64,000 bases of DNA from Actinomycetales bacterium. Lineage in GTDB: Bacteria; Actinomycetota; Actinomycetes; S36-B12; UBA5976. The stretch lies in assembly GCA_018969715.1 (NCBI GenBank), contig JAGWXT010000007.1, positions 11,044-75,043 of the forward strand. Direction: 5' to 3'. The notes under the pieces were generated by a model. That model saw only the letters and a list, made by a program, of their open reading frames with translations, ran no database searches and was not told where the DNA came from. Position 1 is the stretch's first letter. Each line of letters starts with the position of its first letter. Positions 43,022 to 53,331 of this stretch are shown here, in pieces. The translations under genes and the position numbers were made by a program.

Positions 43022-44521
43022 CTAGCGGTTGTCGTAGACCTCGATGGTGCCGCTGTAGCAGGCGACCCAGACGCGGTCCTGTGTCGGCTCGTACGTCACG
43101 CCGATTGGCCGCTCGCAGGTGTTGACAGTCTGGGTGACGCGCATCGAGTCGGTGGCGATCTTCGACAGGGTGTTGTCCCGATAGTTCACGACGTAGAGCG
43201 ACGCTCCGTCCGGGGCGATGTCCATGCTCCGGGGGGCGGCACCGGTGCGGGCGCTGCCGAGTACGCGTCGGGTTCTGGGGTCGACCGCGATGACGCGCCC
43301 CTCGGCATTGAGTGAGGAGTAGAGCCGTCGGGCATCCGGGCTGAGCAGCACTGTGCGCGGTCCCATCCCGACCGAGATCGATCGCTGGCGCCAGGTACGC
43401 AGGTCGAGGTCGACCACGCGACTGCTTCCCATCTGCGCGATGTATGCCCGCCGGCTGTCCCCGGTGATGACGATGCCCCGCGGGTAGGCCCCGATCGGCA
43501 CCCGTCGGACCTCGCGCTGCCGCTCAAGATCGACCACGGAAACATCCCACGAACACCAGTTGCTCACCAACAGCAGCCGGCCATCGGCGCTGACTTCGAC
43601 CACCTTGGGCACCACCCCGACCCGGTAGGCGGCATCGATGCGGTTGTCGCGCAGGCGGATCCGGTAGACGAAGCCCTCGTCGTAACCGTCGCTCGGACGG
43701 CAGGTGTCCGTCCCCTCCTCACCGAACCCGGGCCCGTACATCGCGTAGTTGCTGACATACAGGTAGCGACCATCTGGTGAGAAGGCGCCCTCGACGGGCG
43801 CGCCGGACACTGGCTCGGGGTACTCCGGGTAGCCGAGGGTGGACAGCCGGACCCGATCGGGGATCGTCGCGACCAGCCGCATCCGGTCGGCGTCGTACAG
43901 GGTGACCGAGTGCCGGTACATCATGTTGTGTGCGCTGACAAGGCCGTTGCCGGAGGACCGAACCGACTTCGGGGCGATATTGCCGGTGATCGTCGTGCGC
44001 AGTCGCAGCTGCGTGCGGTCAGATCGCGTTCCCGACAGGGTTGCGGTGCGGGTGGGGCTGGGGGCAGCTGAGGGGCGTGCCGTGGCGCCGGCTGCGGGCT
44101 GGGTGACGCCGGGGGAGGGGGAGGCAGGACTGGTGGTGGGGGATGCCGTCGGACCGGGTGAGGGTCCGGGCACCGGGGATGCACTCGGAACGGGTGAGGC
44201 ACCGGGCACCGGGGATGCGCTCGGCTCAGCCGGGCCGCTGCTGACGGGGGCCGGGGCACCGTCGGAGGCGATGGGGACGGCGGCCCGCTCAAGCAGGCTG
44301 CCGCGGGCGGTCGCTGGGGCGACGAGCAGGTTGCCCACCTCGCGACCGGCGAGGCCGAGGACAGCCAGTCCGGCCAGACTGAAGGACACCGCACACCAGG
44401 CGACTGCCCGTGCTCGGCGGGGCGCCCGTCGGTGCTGTGCCCTCAGGGGCGGTGGGTCGGGGGGGATGTCCGCTGCCCCGCGGCCGGCGGTGCCTGGTGA
44501 TGCCCCTGAGCGACGTCCCAC
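43022..44521 (-). CDS. membrane-anchored YVTN/YncE-type beta-propeller repeat protein
   Basis: 499 aa. It has an Arg-rich cytoplasmic N-terminus, one TM segment, a Pro/Ser/Ala repetitive linker (ASPVPGASPVPSASPVPGP), then repeated G..P.G...SPDG..LYV.N blades. Confidence 0.7.
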   Translation of the reverse strand: MGRRSGASPGTAGRGAADIPPDPPPLRAQHRRAPRRARAVAWCAVSFSLAGLAVLGLAGREVGNLLVAPATARGSLLERAAVPIASDGAPAPVSSGPAEPSASPVPGASPVPSASPVPGPSPGPTASPTTSPASPSPGVTQPAAGATARPSAAPSPTRTATLSGTRSDRTQLRLRTTITGNIAPKSVRSSGNGLVSAHNMMYRHSVTLYDADRMRLVATIPDRVRLSTLGYPEYPEPVSGAPVEGAFSPDGRYLYVSNYAMYGPGFGEEGTDTCRPSDGYDEGFVYRIRLRDNRIDAAYRVGVVPKVVEVSADGRLLLVSNWCSWDVSVVDLERQREVRRVPIGAYPRGIVITGDSRRAYIAQMGSSRVVDLDLRTWRQRSISVGMGPRTVLLSPDARRLYSSLNAEGRVIAVDPRTRRVLGSARTGAAPRSMDIAPDGASLYVVNYRDNTLSKIATDSMRVTQTVNTCERPIGVTYEPTQDRVWVACYSGTIEVYDNR

Positions 44522-44673
44522 CGTGCGACGGTAGGTGCCGGCGACCGCCGATCCTCGGCGACGCGCGGCATGTCACACTCGGGGAGCAGATCGCGAACCA
44601 GATGGCCGGATCTGCGCAGGCGATGAGGCGGCTCCCGAGGGAATCGGCTCTATCGGGAGAAGAGGGGAGCGGA

Positions 44674-45942
44674 ATGGTCACCTCCGACGCTGCCCATGGT
44701 GCCCGCCCTGCCCGCCGGGGTGCGGCGCGTCCCCACCACGACCTCCCCCGCTGCCTGCTCGGGTTATCCCTGGCTGCCGCCATGCTGACGGTCACCGCCC
44801 CGATCGCGGCCGCGCCGGAGCAGGCGTCAACCGCCCCCGCGGGTCCCAGCCCCGCGCAGGTGCTGGACCCGGGGCCGCTTCTGCTCACCCTCACGGGTGA
44901 CGGGGCCACCACCGCATCCCTGCTGACGTGCACTACCGCCACCGGACGGGTCCTCTCCGGTGCCGCCGAAGTGGAGCGCGCGCTGCCGGTCCCCGGTTCA
45001 CTCGACTGCTCGGCCGCACTGGCAACCCTCGGCACCGAGACCAGCCTGCGGGGCACGGTTGCGTCGGCTGTCGGTCGGTCAGATGCCGGCCGAATCACCG
45101 CCTTATGCGACGGCGACCGGATCATTCGCGCCACCTGGCGTCAGACCGGTACCGGGAGCGGACTACGCGTGAATGGCCTGACATGGACGGTGGCCGGCTA
45201 CCGGGCATGTGACTGGACGATCTCCTTCGACGACGGCTCCCGGCTGGTGGGTGCGCTCGAGGACGTTCCGGCCGTCGAGGTCGTGACCGTCGGCGAGGTC
45301 GCCACCGGTCGGGCGCGGCTGTCGGCGCTGACTGCGCTGCCGGTGACCATCACCGGCGGCGAGGGGCGCTACCGATCCGTCATCGGCACGGCCCTGCTGC
45401 TGGAGGTTGAGGAGGTGACGGTTGCCTTCCCCGGCGGGACAGCGGCTGGTGAGACCCTCACCCGGCTTCGCCCAACCACCCCGGCGGGCAGTGCCGACAC
45501 ACCGCCGCTGACGCCGGCAGCGCCGACGAGTGCCGGTCGCCGCTCCGTCCTCACCGACCTGCGACTGCTCCGCAGTGCCGGCGGGCTTCGGATCGTGAGT
45601 CCGGCCGCACAGCAGGTGGGGCAGCAGTACGGCGTGCGCCCTCTCGGGTTCGGGCCCGATGGCCTCGCGCAGACGGTGCGCATCGCGACGGCGCCCGGTG
45701 CCACCTGCAGTGTGGCGGCGCGAAGTCGACGACCGCAGGCACGGTACGTGCCGCTGGCCACGAGCGTGGTCGGCAGCGGTCGGTGGGCGACCGGCCTGAC
45801 CGCCACAGATGTCATCACCGCCACCGGTGCCCCCGCAGACGGCGGGGTCGACATCAAAGTGGACTGCACTCTGGCGGACAGCAGTTCTGTCAGCTCCGAG
45901 ATTCGCGCCAGCCTCGGCCAGGCACCCATCCGACCCCTGTGA
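44674..45942 (+). CDS. secreted hypothetical protein
   Basis: 422 aa from the ATG at 44674. It has a signal-like segment LLGLSLAAAMLTVTAPIAAAP and no motif I recognise. Confidence 0.5.
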   Translation: MVTSDAAHGARPARRGAARPHHDLPRCLLGLSLAAAMLTVTAPIAAAPEQASTAPAGPSPAQVLDPGPLLLTLTGDGATTASLLTCTTATGRVLSGAAEVERALPVPGSLDCSAALATLGTETSLRGTVASAVGRSDAGRITALCDGDRIIRATWRQTGTGSGLRVNGLTWTVAGYRACDWTISFDDGSRLVGALEDVPAVEVVTVGEVATGRARLSALTALPVTITGGEGRYRSVIGTALLLEVEEVTVAFPGGTAAGETLTRLRPTTPAGSADTPPLTPAAPTSAGRRSVLTDLRLLRSAGGLRIVSPAAQQVGQQYGVRPLGFGPDGLAQTVRIATAPGATCSVAARSRRPQARYVPLATSVVGSGRWATGLTATDVITATGAPADGGVDIKVDCTLADSSSVSSEIRASLGQAPIRPL

Positions 45943-47027
45943 TCGATCAATCGACAACGGGTTTCGTCGACTGGTCGGTTGCGCGCGCGACGGCGACCAG
46001 GCTCAGCGGCGGGGGACCCCTCGTGGCCCCCACGGTTGCCCGCGAGGTCGTTCAGGGGCTGCGGCAGGCAGCGGCGGCCGCCGTCGACCCGGTTGCCCAG
46101 ACCTCGCTGATGCAGCCGGTGCCCGCAGCGGTGTGGGAGGTGGCGATCGTTGATCGGCCGGGATGGATTGACGCCAACGTCGAGGGGTTCGCCTGGCTTC
46201 TCACCTCCGTTGAGCAGCGGCTGCGCGACCGGCCCGGATTCCGCATCGAGGCGCTCACCGCGGTCGGCTCCCGGGTAACCGGGGTGCAGGCCGGCGGCGT
46301 CCTGGCCTGGCTGGCCGGGCGGATCCTCGGACAGTTCGAGGCGTTCGCCCCGAATGGGCGCTCGCCGCGGCTGATGCTGGTGGCCCCGAACGTCCTCGTC
46401 GCCGAACGTGCCCTCGGCGTCGACCCGGATGACTTCCGGGCCTGGGTTGCCCTGCACGAGCAGACGCACTGGCTTCAGTTCACCGCCGTGCCGTGGCTGC
46501 GGGAATATCTGCGCGACCTGCTTGCGGGCTACCTCGACACGACCCTGCCGGAGACGGGCCGCGCCGGGGACGCCGATCCCACGGCGGAGGCGGCCGGCCG
46601 CCTCCGCGAGGTGCTCGCGGCGCTGGCGGCACTGCGCACCGGCGCCAGTGGTCTGCTGCGGGTCCTGCACACCCCTGCCCAGGCGGCGGCCTTCGACCGG
46701 CTCACCGCCTTCATGACCCTGCTGGAGGGGCATGCGGAGTTCATCATGGACGCCGTCGGCCCGGAGGTCATCCCCAGTGTCGCCGACATCCGCAGCCGCG
46801 TCAGCCGTCGCCGGGCACAGCGGCGGCGGGGACCGGATTTCGTCCTTCATCGGCTGATCGGGCTGGACGGAAAGATCCGGCAGTACGACGAGGGACGCCG
46901 CTTCGTCGCCGCGGCCGTGGCTGCGCTGGGAATGAGCGGATTCAATACGGTGTGGACCGGACCGCACACCCTGCCGACCAGCGCCGAGATCGCTGACCCC
47001 GCTGCCTGGCTGTCCCGCATCCGGTGA
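45939..47027 (+). CDS. zinc-dependent metalloprotease, DUF2342 family
   Basis: GTG at 45939 overlaps the previous stop. The HExxH motif is in ALHEQTHWLQF. Its position upstream of tilS matches the conserved actinobacterial arrangement. Confidence 0.8.
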   Translation: MIDQSTTGFVDWSVARATATRLSGGGPLVAPTVAREVVQGLRQAAAAAVDPVAQTSLMQPVPAAVWEVAIVDRPGWIDANVEGFAWLLTSVEQRLRDRPGFRIEALTAVGSRVTGVQAGGVLAWLAGRILGQFEAFAPNGRSPRLMLVAPNVLVAERALGVDPDDFRAWVALHEQTHWLQFTAVPWLREYLRDLLAGYLDTTLPETGRAGDADPTAEAAGRLREVLAALAALRTGASGLLRVLHTPAQAAAFDRLTAFMTLLEGHAEFIMDAVGPEVIPSVADIRSRVSRRRAQRRRGPDFVLHRLIGLDGKIRQYDEGRRFVAAAVAALGMSGFNTVWTGPHTLPTSAEIADPAAWLSRIR

Positions 47028-48007
47028 GCATCGACGTGCCCCCACGTGATGAGCACGCGGCGGTCACGGGAGCGGTTCGCGCACACCTGCGGGACTGTCC
47101 GCATGGCTTGGTTCTGGTCGCCGTCTCCGGCGGTGCGGACTCCCTCGCCCTGGCGCACGCCGCCCACCAGGTCGCCGGCGACCGCCAACTCGGCGCCATC
47201 CTCGTTGACCACGCCCTCCAGCCGCACTCGGCAGAGGTGATCGCAGCGGCCGCCGCACGCTGCCGTGACCTCGGGCTGGCGCCGGTGACGATCGCCACCA
47301 TTGCGGTGACCGACCGGCGCGGCGGCCTCGAGGCGGGTGCACGGCGGGCCCGGTACGCGGCCATCGATGATGTGGCCCATGCCGGCGGTGCGGTTGCGGT
47401 GCTCCTTGGCCACACCCGCGATGATCAGGCCGAGACCGTGCTGCTCGGCCTCCTGCGCGGCTCCGGCGCCCGCACCATGTCCGGAATGCGGGCAGTGGAC
47501 GGGATCTGGCGGCGGCCCCTGCTCGACATCCCGCGGGCGGCCACCCGCGCCTACTGCAGGGCACACGGCCTGGCATTCCACGACGACCCGATGAACGCCG
47601 ATGAGCACCACGTGCGGGTGCGGCTGCGCAGACGTGTCCTGCCGGCTCTGCGCGCCCATGTCGGGGAGGGAATCGTCCGTGGCATGGCCCGCTCCGCCCA
47701 GTTGCTCCGCGAGGACGATGAGGCGCTCACCTTGTGGGCGCTCGATGCCCGGCGGGCGGTGACCGATCCCGAGGACGGCTCCCTCAAGGTGCAGGCCCTG
47801 TGCGACCTCCCCCGGGCGGTGCGCAGCCGCATCCTGCGCACCGCCCTCATAGGTGCGGGGTGTCCGGCCGGGGCGCTCAGTCGGGCCCACCTCGACTCAG
47901 TTGACGACCTCTTGACCGCCTGGCACGGCCAGGGGCCGCCGGCGCTGCCCGGCGGCGTGATCGTCCGCCGCCGATCTGGCAGGCTGCTCATCACCCCCGC
48001 CCCCTGA
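47024..48007 (+). CDS. tilS: tRNA(Ile)-lysidine synthetase
   Basis: PP-loop motif VAVSGGADSLAL and conserved LLGHTRDDQAETVLL. Confidence 0.9.
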   Translation: MSIDVPPRDEHAAVTGAVRAHLRDCPHGLVLVAVSGGADSLALAHAAHQVAGDRQLGAILVDHALQPHSAEVIAAAAARCRDLGLAPVTIATIAVTDRRGGLEAGARRARYAAIDDVAHAGGAVAVLLGHTRDDQAETVLLGLLRGSGARTMSGMRAVDGIWRRPLLDIPRAATRAYCRAHGLAFHDDPMNADEHHVRVRLRRRVLPALRAHVGEGIVRGMARSAQLLREDDEALTLWALDARRAVTDPEDGSLKVQALCDLPRAVRSRILRTALIGAGCPAGALSRAHLDSVDDLLTAWHGQGPPALPGGVIVRRRSGRLLITPAP

Positions 48008-48021
48008 CCCAGGAGCCCCCA

Positions 48022-48588
48022 CTGGACACCGCACATGCCGCCGCCGACCTGACCGGAATCCTGCTCACCCGGGAGCAGATCGATATCCGTCTGGCTGAGC
48101 TTGCCCGGGAGGTGGAACGCGACTACGCCGATCGCGACCTGCTCCTGGTGGGGGTGCTCAAGGGAGCGGTGATGGTCATGGCCGACCTGGCCCGGGAACT
48201 GCAGCGCCCGGTTGAGATGGACTGGATGGCGGTCTCCTCCTATGGCCGTGAAGCCACCTCGAGTGGGTCACTGCGGATCCTGATGGACCTCGAGATCGAC
48301 CTCACCGGCCGTCATGTCCTGCTCGTCGAGGACATCGTCGACTCCGGCCTGACCCTGTCCTGGCTGCTGGGGAACCTCCGCTCCCGAGCAGCCGCCAGCG
48401 TGGCCGTCCTCGCACTGCTGCGCAAGCCGGATGCGGTGCGGATCCCCGTCGACATCCGGTACCTCGGATTCGACATCCCGAATGAGTTCGTTGTCGGCTA
48501 CGGGCTGGACTTCGCCGAGCGCTACCGCAACCTTGACGCCATCGCCGTGCTCAACCCACAGGTGTACCTGCCGCCAACGCCGGCCTGA
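48022..48588 (+). CDS. hpt: hypoxanthine-guanine phosphoribosyltransferase
   Basis: It has VLKGAVMVMADLAR, the PRPP loop LLVEDIVDSGLTLS and FVVGYGLDFAERYRNL. The 5' end is uncertain: the first in-frame GTG is at 48112, but the conserved N-terminal helix (LLTREQIDIRLAELAREVERDY) lies upstream of it. CTG at 48022, preceded by AGGAG, is my best guess. Confidence 0.85.
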   Translation: MDTAHAAADLTGILLTREQIDIRLAELAREVERDYADRDLLLVGVLKGAVMVMADLARELQRPVEMDWMAVSSYGREATSSGSLRILMDLEIDLTGRHVLLVEDIVDSGLTLSWLLGNLRSRAAASVAVLALLRKPDAVRIPVDIRYLGFDIPNEFVVGYGLDFAERYRNLDAIAVLNPQVYLPPTPA

Positions 48589-48680
48589 CCTGCCGTCGTG
48601 CCCCGCGGATCTCCCGGGCGTCGTACCATCGAAGGATGCACCACCCCTGAGGTGGGCAGCCGCGAGATGAATCGAGGGAC

Positions 48681-50771
48681 GTGACCCGTGACCGGACGGA
48701 CCCACCCATGAGGCGCCTGCTGCGAGGACCACTGATGTGGGTTCTCATCGCCCTCATGCTGGTCCTCGTTGGCAGCAACCTGGTCTCCTCCATGAGCCGA
48801 CCGGAGACCGTCAGCACCGCGGAGGCGGTAGCTGCGGTCCAGCGCGGCGAGGTGGCCGAGGCCACGCTGATCGACCGTGACCAGCGGCTGCGGATGACCC
48901 TGAAGGACGGCACGAAGGTCGAGACCGAGTTCATCACCGGCCAGGGCATCGTGCTGCAGGAGGAGCTGCAGGCCAGCTTCGATGCGGGGAACCTGCCCGA
49001 TGGCTACACCGTCGACGTTCCCCGGCAGAGCCTGCTGGCAAGCCTGCTCGTCTCCCTGCTGCCGATCGCCCTGATCGTCCTGCTGCTGTTCTTCTTCATG
49101 AGCCAGATGCAGGGCGGCGGGCGGATCATGGGGTTCGGCAAGTCCCGCCACAAGCCGTTGAACAAGGACATGCCCAAGACCACCTTCGCCGATGTCGCCG
49201 GCGCCGATGAGGCGGTCGAGGAGTTGCAGGAGATAAAGGAGTTCCTCGCCGAGCCGGCACGCTTCCAGCAGGTGGGCGCGCGGATCCCCAAGGGGGTCCT
49301 CCTCTACGGCCCACCGGGAACCGGCAAGACCCTCCTCGCGCGCGCGGTCGCCGGCGAGGCGGGGGTGCCGTTCTTCTCGATCTCCGGCTCGGATTTCGTC
49401 GAGATGTTCGTCGGCGTCGGCGCCAGCCGGGTGCGGGACCTGTTCGAGCAGGCGAAGGCCAATGCACCGGCGATCATCTTCGTCGATGAGATCGATGCGG
49501 TCGGCCGCCAGCGCGGTGCCGGCCTCGGGGGCGGCCACGATGAGCGAGAGCAGACACTCAACCAGTTGCTGGTGGAGATGGACGGCTTCGACGTCACCGG
49601 TGGGGTCATCCTGATCGCCGCGACCAATCGTCCGGACATCCTCGACCCTGCTCTGCTGCGGCCGGGTCGCTTCGATCGGCAGATCGCGGTGGAGCGCCCC
49701 GACCTGGCCGGCCGGGAGGCGATCCTGCGGGTGCACGCCCAGGGCAAACCACTGGACGATGGCATTGATCTGGCCACCCTGGCCAAGCGCACTCCCGGCT
49801 TCACCGGTGCGGATCTGGCGAATGTGCTCAATGAGGCGGCACTGCTGACCGCACGATGCGGACGCCAGCGCATCACCTACGACGACATCGATGAGGCGAT
49901 CGATCGCGTGCTGGCTGGTCCCCAGAAGCGAACCCGGCTGATGGGCGAGCACGAGAAGCTCATCACCGCCTATCACGAGGGTGGCCACGCACTGGTGGCG
50001 GCGGCGCTGCCAAAGACCGATCCGGTGCACAAGGTCACGATCCTGCCGCGCGGCCGCGCCCTCGGGTACACGATGGTGCTGCCGGAGTCCGAGCGGTACT
50101 CCACCACTCGCAGTGAGATGCTCAACCAGCTGGCATATCTGCTCGGGGGTCGCGCAGCCGAGGAACTGGTCTTCCATGACCCAACCACGGGGGCGAGCAA
50201 TGACATCGAGCGTGCCACGGCACTGGCCCGCTCCATGGTCACCCAGTTCGGCATGACGGAGCGGCTCGGGGCGATCAAGTACGGCCGGGACTCGCAGGAT
50301 GTCTTCCTCGGCCGGGATATCGGGCATCAGCGGGACTACTCCGAGGACATCGCCGGCGCGATCGATGACGAGGTGCGCACGCTCATCGACAACGCCCACA
50401 ATGAGGCCTTCGAGATCCTCGTCGACAATCGGGATGTCCTTGATGGACTCGTCACCGCCCTGCTGGAGAAGGAGACGCTCGACAAGGAGGAGGTCGCCGC
50501 TCTGTTCACCGACCTGCGCCGCCGCTCCCTGCGGCCGGCGTGGACGGGGTCCGCGCGGCGACAGCCCTCAACCCTCGGACCGGTGCCCTTCCCGGTGCGC
50601 GCGGTGCCCGTGGCGGCACCCGAGCAGGCGGTCAACGGCACCCACGTCAACGGCTCCCATCCGGCTGGCGAGCATGCGCCATCGGGTGCGTCCACAATCC
50701 CGGCTGATTCGCCCGTCCAGCCGCCGGGCGAGGCGCCCGCCGGGCCACCATCGGCACCGCCCTCGACATGA
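48681..50771 (+). CDS. ftsH: ATP-dependent zinc metalloprotease FtsH
   Basis: Two N-terminal TM segments, the AAA Walker [12 protein letters not shown], the SRH region, the HEGGHAL zinc site and a Pro-rich C-terminal tail. Confidence 0.97.
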   Translation: MTRDRTDPPMRRLLRGPLMWVLIALMLVLVGSNLVSSMSRPETVSTAEAVAAVQRGEVAEATLIDRDQRLRMTLKDGTKVETEFITGQGIVLQEELQASFDAGNLPDGYTVDVPRQSLLASLLVSLLPIALIVLLLFFFMSQMQGGGRIMGFGKSRHKPLNKDMPKTTFADVAGADEAVEELQEIKEFLAEPARFQQVGARIPKGVLLYGPPGTGKTLLARAVAGEAGVPFFSISGSDFVEMFVGVGASRVRDLFEQAKANAPAIIFVDEIDAVGRQRGAGLGGGHDEREQTLNQLLVEMDGFDVTGGVILIAATNRPDILDPALLRPGRFDRQIAVERPDLAGREAILRVHAQGKPLDDGIDLATLAKRTPGFTGADLANVLNEAALLTARCGRQRITYDDIDEAIDRVLAGPQKRTRLMGEHEKLITAYHEGGHALVAAALPKTDPVHKVTILPRGRALGYTMVLPESERYSTTRSEMLNQLAYLLGGRAAEELVFHDPTTGASNDIERATALARSMVTQFGMTERLGAIKYGRDSQDVFLGRDIGHQRDYSEDIAGAIDDEVRTLIDNAHNEAFEILVDNRDVLDGLVTALLEKETLDKEEVAALFTDLRRRSLRPAWTGSARRQPSTLGPVPFPVRAVPVAAPEQAVNGTHVNGSHPAGEHAPSGASTIPADSPVQPPGEAPAGPPSAPPST

Positions 50772-51433
50772 CCGCCCCCGACCACCCCGAGGCCACCGCC
50801 GGGGCGATGGGTATCACCCGCATCAGTGACCCCGGAGTTTCCAGAGACCCGGCTCTGGTCAGTCCGGTGGACACCGTCCGGGCGGCCGCGGCGGTCCGCG
50901 AGCTGCTGCTGGCGATCGGCGAGAACCCCGACCGGGAGGGCCTGCGCGACACCCCCCAGCGCTATGCGCGCGCCTGTGCGGAGCTGTTCGCGGGGCTGAC
51001 CGAGCAGCCCGAGCGGCACCTGCTGACCACCTTCGATGTCGGACACAGTGAGCCCGTCCTCGTCTGCGACATCCCCTTCACCTCCATGTGCGAGCACCAC
51101 CTGCTGCCATTCCTCGGGGTGGCCCATGTTGGCTATCGCCCCGGTGCGAGCGGCCGGATCACCGGGCTGTCCAAGCTGGCCCGGGTGGTCGAGGGATTCG
51201 CCCGTCGCCCGCAGGTGCAGGAGCGACTCACCGACCAGGTGGCCAGCGCCATCGATGGGGTCCTGCAGCCGGCCGGGGTGTGGGTGCGCATCGAGGCGGA
51301 GCACCTGTGCATGCGCATGCGGGGGGTCGTGAAGGCGGGCTCGCGCACGATCACCGTCGCCTACCGGGGCTGCTACCACGAACCGGCTGAGCGCGCTGAG
51401 ATGCTCGCCCTGCTCGACGCCTCACCGCGGTAG
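50768..51433 (+). CDS. folE: GTP cyclohydrolase I
   Basis: The [17 protein letters not shown] and RPQVQERLT motifs. Confidence 0.95.
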   Translation: MTAPDHPEATAGAMGITRISDPGVSRDPALVSPVDTVRAAAAVRELLLAIGENPDREGLRDTPQRYARACAELFAGLTEQPERHLLTTFDVGHSEPVLVCDIPFTSMCEHHLLPFLGVAHVGYRPGASGRITGLSKLARVVEGFARRPQVQERLTDQVASAIDGVLQPAGVWVRIEAEHLCMRMRGVVKAGSRTITVAYRGCYHEPAERAEMLALLDASPR

Positions 51434-52380
51434 TGGCCCCGCCGGCCGCGGGTCCACAGGGGCCTGCACCCGGGCTGCCGTCGCCGTACCTGCCAACGGT
51501 GCCAACGGCACTGTCGGATGCCCTGCGTCGGCTGACGCCAGTTGGGCGCTGCCTTGTCATGGGGATCGTCAACGTGACCCCCGACTCGTTCTCCGACGGC
51601 GGCCGCCACGCCGAGGCCGGTGCGGCCATCGCCCACGGTCAGCACCTGCACCGCAGCGGTGCGGACATCGTCGATGTCGGCGGCGAGTCCACCCGTCCGG
51701 GTGCGGTCCGCGTCAGCGCCACCGAGGAGGCGCGACGGGTGCTGCCGGTGATCAGCGCGTTGTCCGCTGCCGGAGTGGCGGTGAGCGTGGACACCATGCG
51801 TGCCGAGATCGCGCGCGAGGCCGTTGCCGCCGGGGCGATCCTCGTCAACGATGTCAGTGGCGGGGTGGCCGATCCGGCGATGCTGTCAACCGTGGCTGAT
51901 CTGCGTGTGCCGCTGGTGATGGGCCACTGGTGGCCGGATCGCCGACGGGGAGCCGGTCACGCAGCCGACCCGGCCGCCCAGAGCGCCTCGGCCATGGGCG
52001 CGGCGGTGGTGGCGACGGACCTGCAGGTGGGGCTGACCGCCGCCGCTGCCGCCGGGATCGACCTGACATCGGTGGTGCTCGATCCGGGAATCGGATTCGC
52101 CAAGAGCGCCGATGACAACTGGACGATCCTGGCGCACCTGCCCGACCTCATCGCGTTAGGTCGGCCACTGCTCATCGGGGTCTCCCGCAAGTCCTTCCTC
52201 GGCCTGCTGTTGGGCAGCCCCGGGGCGCCCCGGCCGGTGCGGGAGCGTGAGGACGCCACCACGGCCCTGTCCGCACTCGTGGCAGCGGAGGGCGCCTGGG
52301 GGGTGCGGGTCCATAACGTCGGGCCGAGTGTGGATGCCGTGACGATCGTCGCGCGGCTGCGGGCCGCGGGGTCGCCGTGA
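51433..52380 (+). CDS. folP: dihydropteroate synthase
   Basis: The MGIVNVTPDSFSDGG, DVGGESTRPG and GVSRKSF motifs. The exact start is uncertain. Confidence 0.92.
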   Translation: MAPPAAGPQGPAPGLPSPYLPTVPTALSDALRRLTPVGRCLVMGIVNVTPDSFSDGGRHAEAGAAIAHGQHLHRSGADIVDVGGESTRPGAVRVSATEEARRVLPVISALSAAGVAVSVDTMRAEIAREAVAAGAILVNDVSGGVADPAMLSTVADLRVPLVMGHWWPDRRRGAGHAADPAAQSASAMGAAVVATDLQVGLTAAAAAGIDLTSVVLDPGIGFAKSADDNWTILAHLPDLIALGRPLLIGVSRKSFLGLLLGSPGAPRPVREREDATTALSALVAAEGAWGVRVHNVGPSVDAVTIVARLRAAGSP

Positions 52381-53318
52381 ACACCGCCGGTGGTCCGGGC
52401 GCCGCCATGGCACCGGATCGCATCGACGTGCGCGGGCTTGCCTTCCGGGTCTGCCATGGGGTTCTCGCGTGGGAGTGGACGACCCCGCAGCCGTTCCGCG
52501 TCGATGTGTCGCTCACCGGGGACTGGCGGGCGGCGGCCGGTGGCGATGACCTCAGCGCGACGGTTGACTATCGCGCTGTCGCGGACGCCGTGGCGGGGGT
52601 GATGACCGGTCAGACCGTGGGCCTGATCGAGACACTGGCTGAACGGATTGCCGCACTGCTGCTCGACCTGCCCGGGGTGTGGGAGGCGTCGGTCACCGTG
52701 CACAAGCCCGGGGTCGATCTGGGCGTCCCGTTGGACGATGTTGCGGTGACGGTCACCCGCCGCCCTCGGCGCACGATCGTCCTCGGCCTTGGCTCGAATG
52801 TCGGCGACCGGCGGCGCCACCTACAGCAGGCCCTCGAGGACGTGCAGGGGCTCGGGTTGACCATCGAGGCGGTGTCGGCGGTATACGACACCGCTGCCGT
52901 CGGCGGCAGCAGTGACTACCTCAATGCGGTAGCGCTGGCCCACAGCGACCTGCCACCCCTCGGCGTGCTCGCGGTGACGGCCGAGTGCGAGAAGCGCGCC
53001 TGGCAACGCGAGGGCACTGCGGGCGGCGCGGGGCCGGTCGGTGAGCAGGTGGGGGTGGGAGTCCGGGCGACGTGGGGACCACGACCCCTCGATATCGACA
53101 TCCTCCACATTGCCGGCCTGCGCAGTGCCGACCCGCGGATCCTGCTTCCCCATCCACGTGCGCTCAGCCGTCCATTCGTCACCGTGCCGTGGGCGGAGGT
53201 CCAGCCGACCGCCGTCATCGACGGTGTGGCAATCGCCGACCTCGCCGCGGCCGCAGCCAAGGCGGATTCCGGAGTCCGCCGTCACCCGGATGCCCTGTCG
53301 CTGCCGGGCCACCGATGA
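52377..53318 (+). CDS. folK: bifunctional dihydroneopterin aldolase / HPPK (FolB-FolK fusion)
   Basis: Single 313-aa ORF. The N-terminal roughly 125 aa are FolB-like (DRIDVRGL...GLIETLAERIA...VHKP). They are joined directly to FolK (IVLGLGSNVGDR, WGPRPLDIDIL, LLPHPR). Confidence 0.88.
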   Translation: MNTAGGPGAAMAPDRIDVRGLAFRVCHGVLAWEWTTPQPFRVDVSLTGDWRAAAGGDDLSATVDYRAVADAVAGVMTGQTVGLIETLAERIAALLLDLPGVWEASVTVHKPGVDLGVPLDDVAVTVTRRPRRTIVLGLGSNVGDRRRHLQQALEDVQGLGLTIEAVSAVYDTAAVGGSSDYLNAVALAHSDLPPLGVLAVTAECEKRAWQREGTAGGAGPVGEQVGVGVRATWGPRPLDIDILHIAGLRSADPRILLPHPRALSRPFVTVPWAEVQPTAVIDGVAIADLAAAAAKADSGVRRHPDALSLPGHR

Positions 53319-53331
53319 CGGGTGCCGGCCG

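Noticed and set aside
45369-47045. 558-aa minus-strand ORF, plus the similar long antisense ORFs at 48522..50399, 27680..29137, 53919..55046, 54593..56029 and 57566..58888
   Set aside because: Each lies opposite a plus-strand gene with strong conserved motifs (DUF2342 HExxH, FtsH, SDR/VOC/ADC, PH-domain proteins, NadB). Stop-codon scarcity in GC-rich DNA explains their length.
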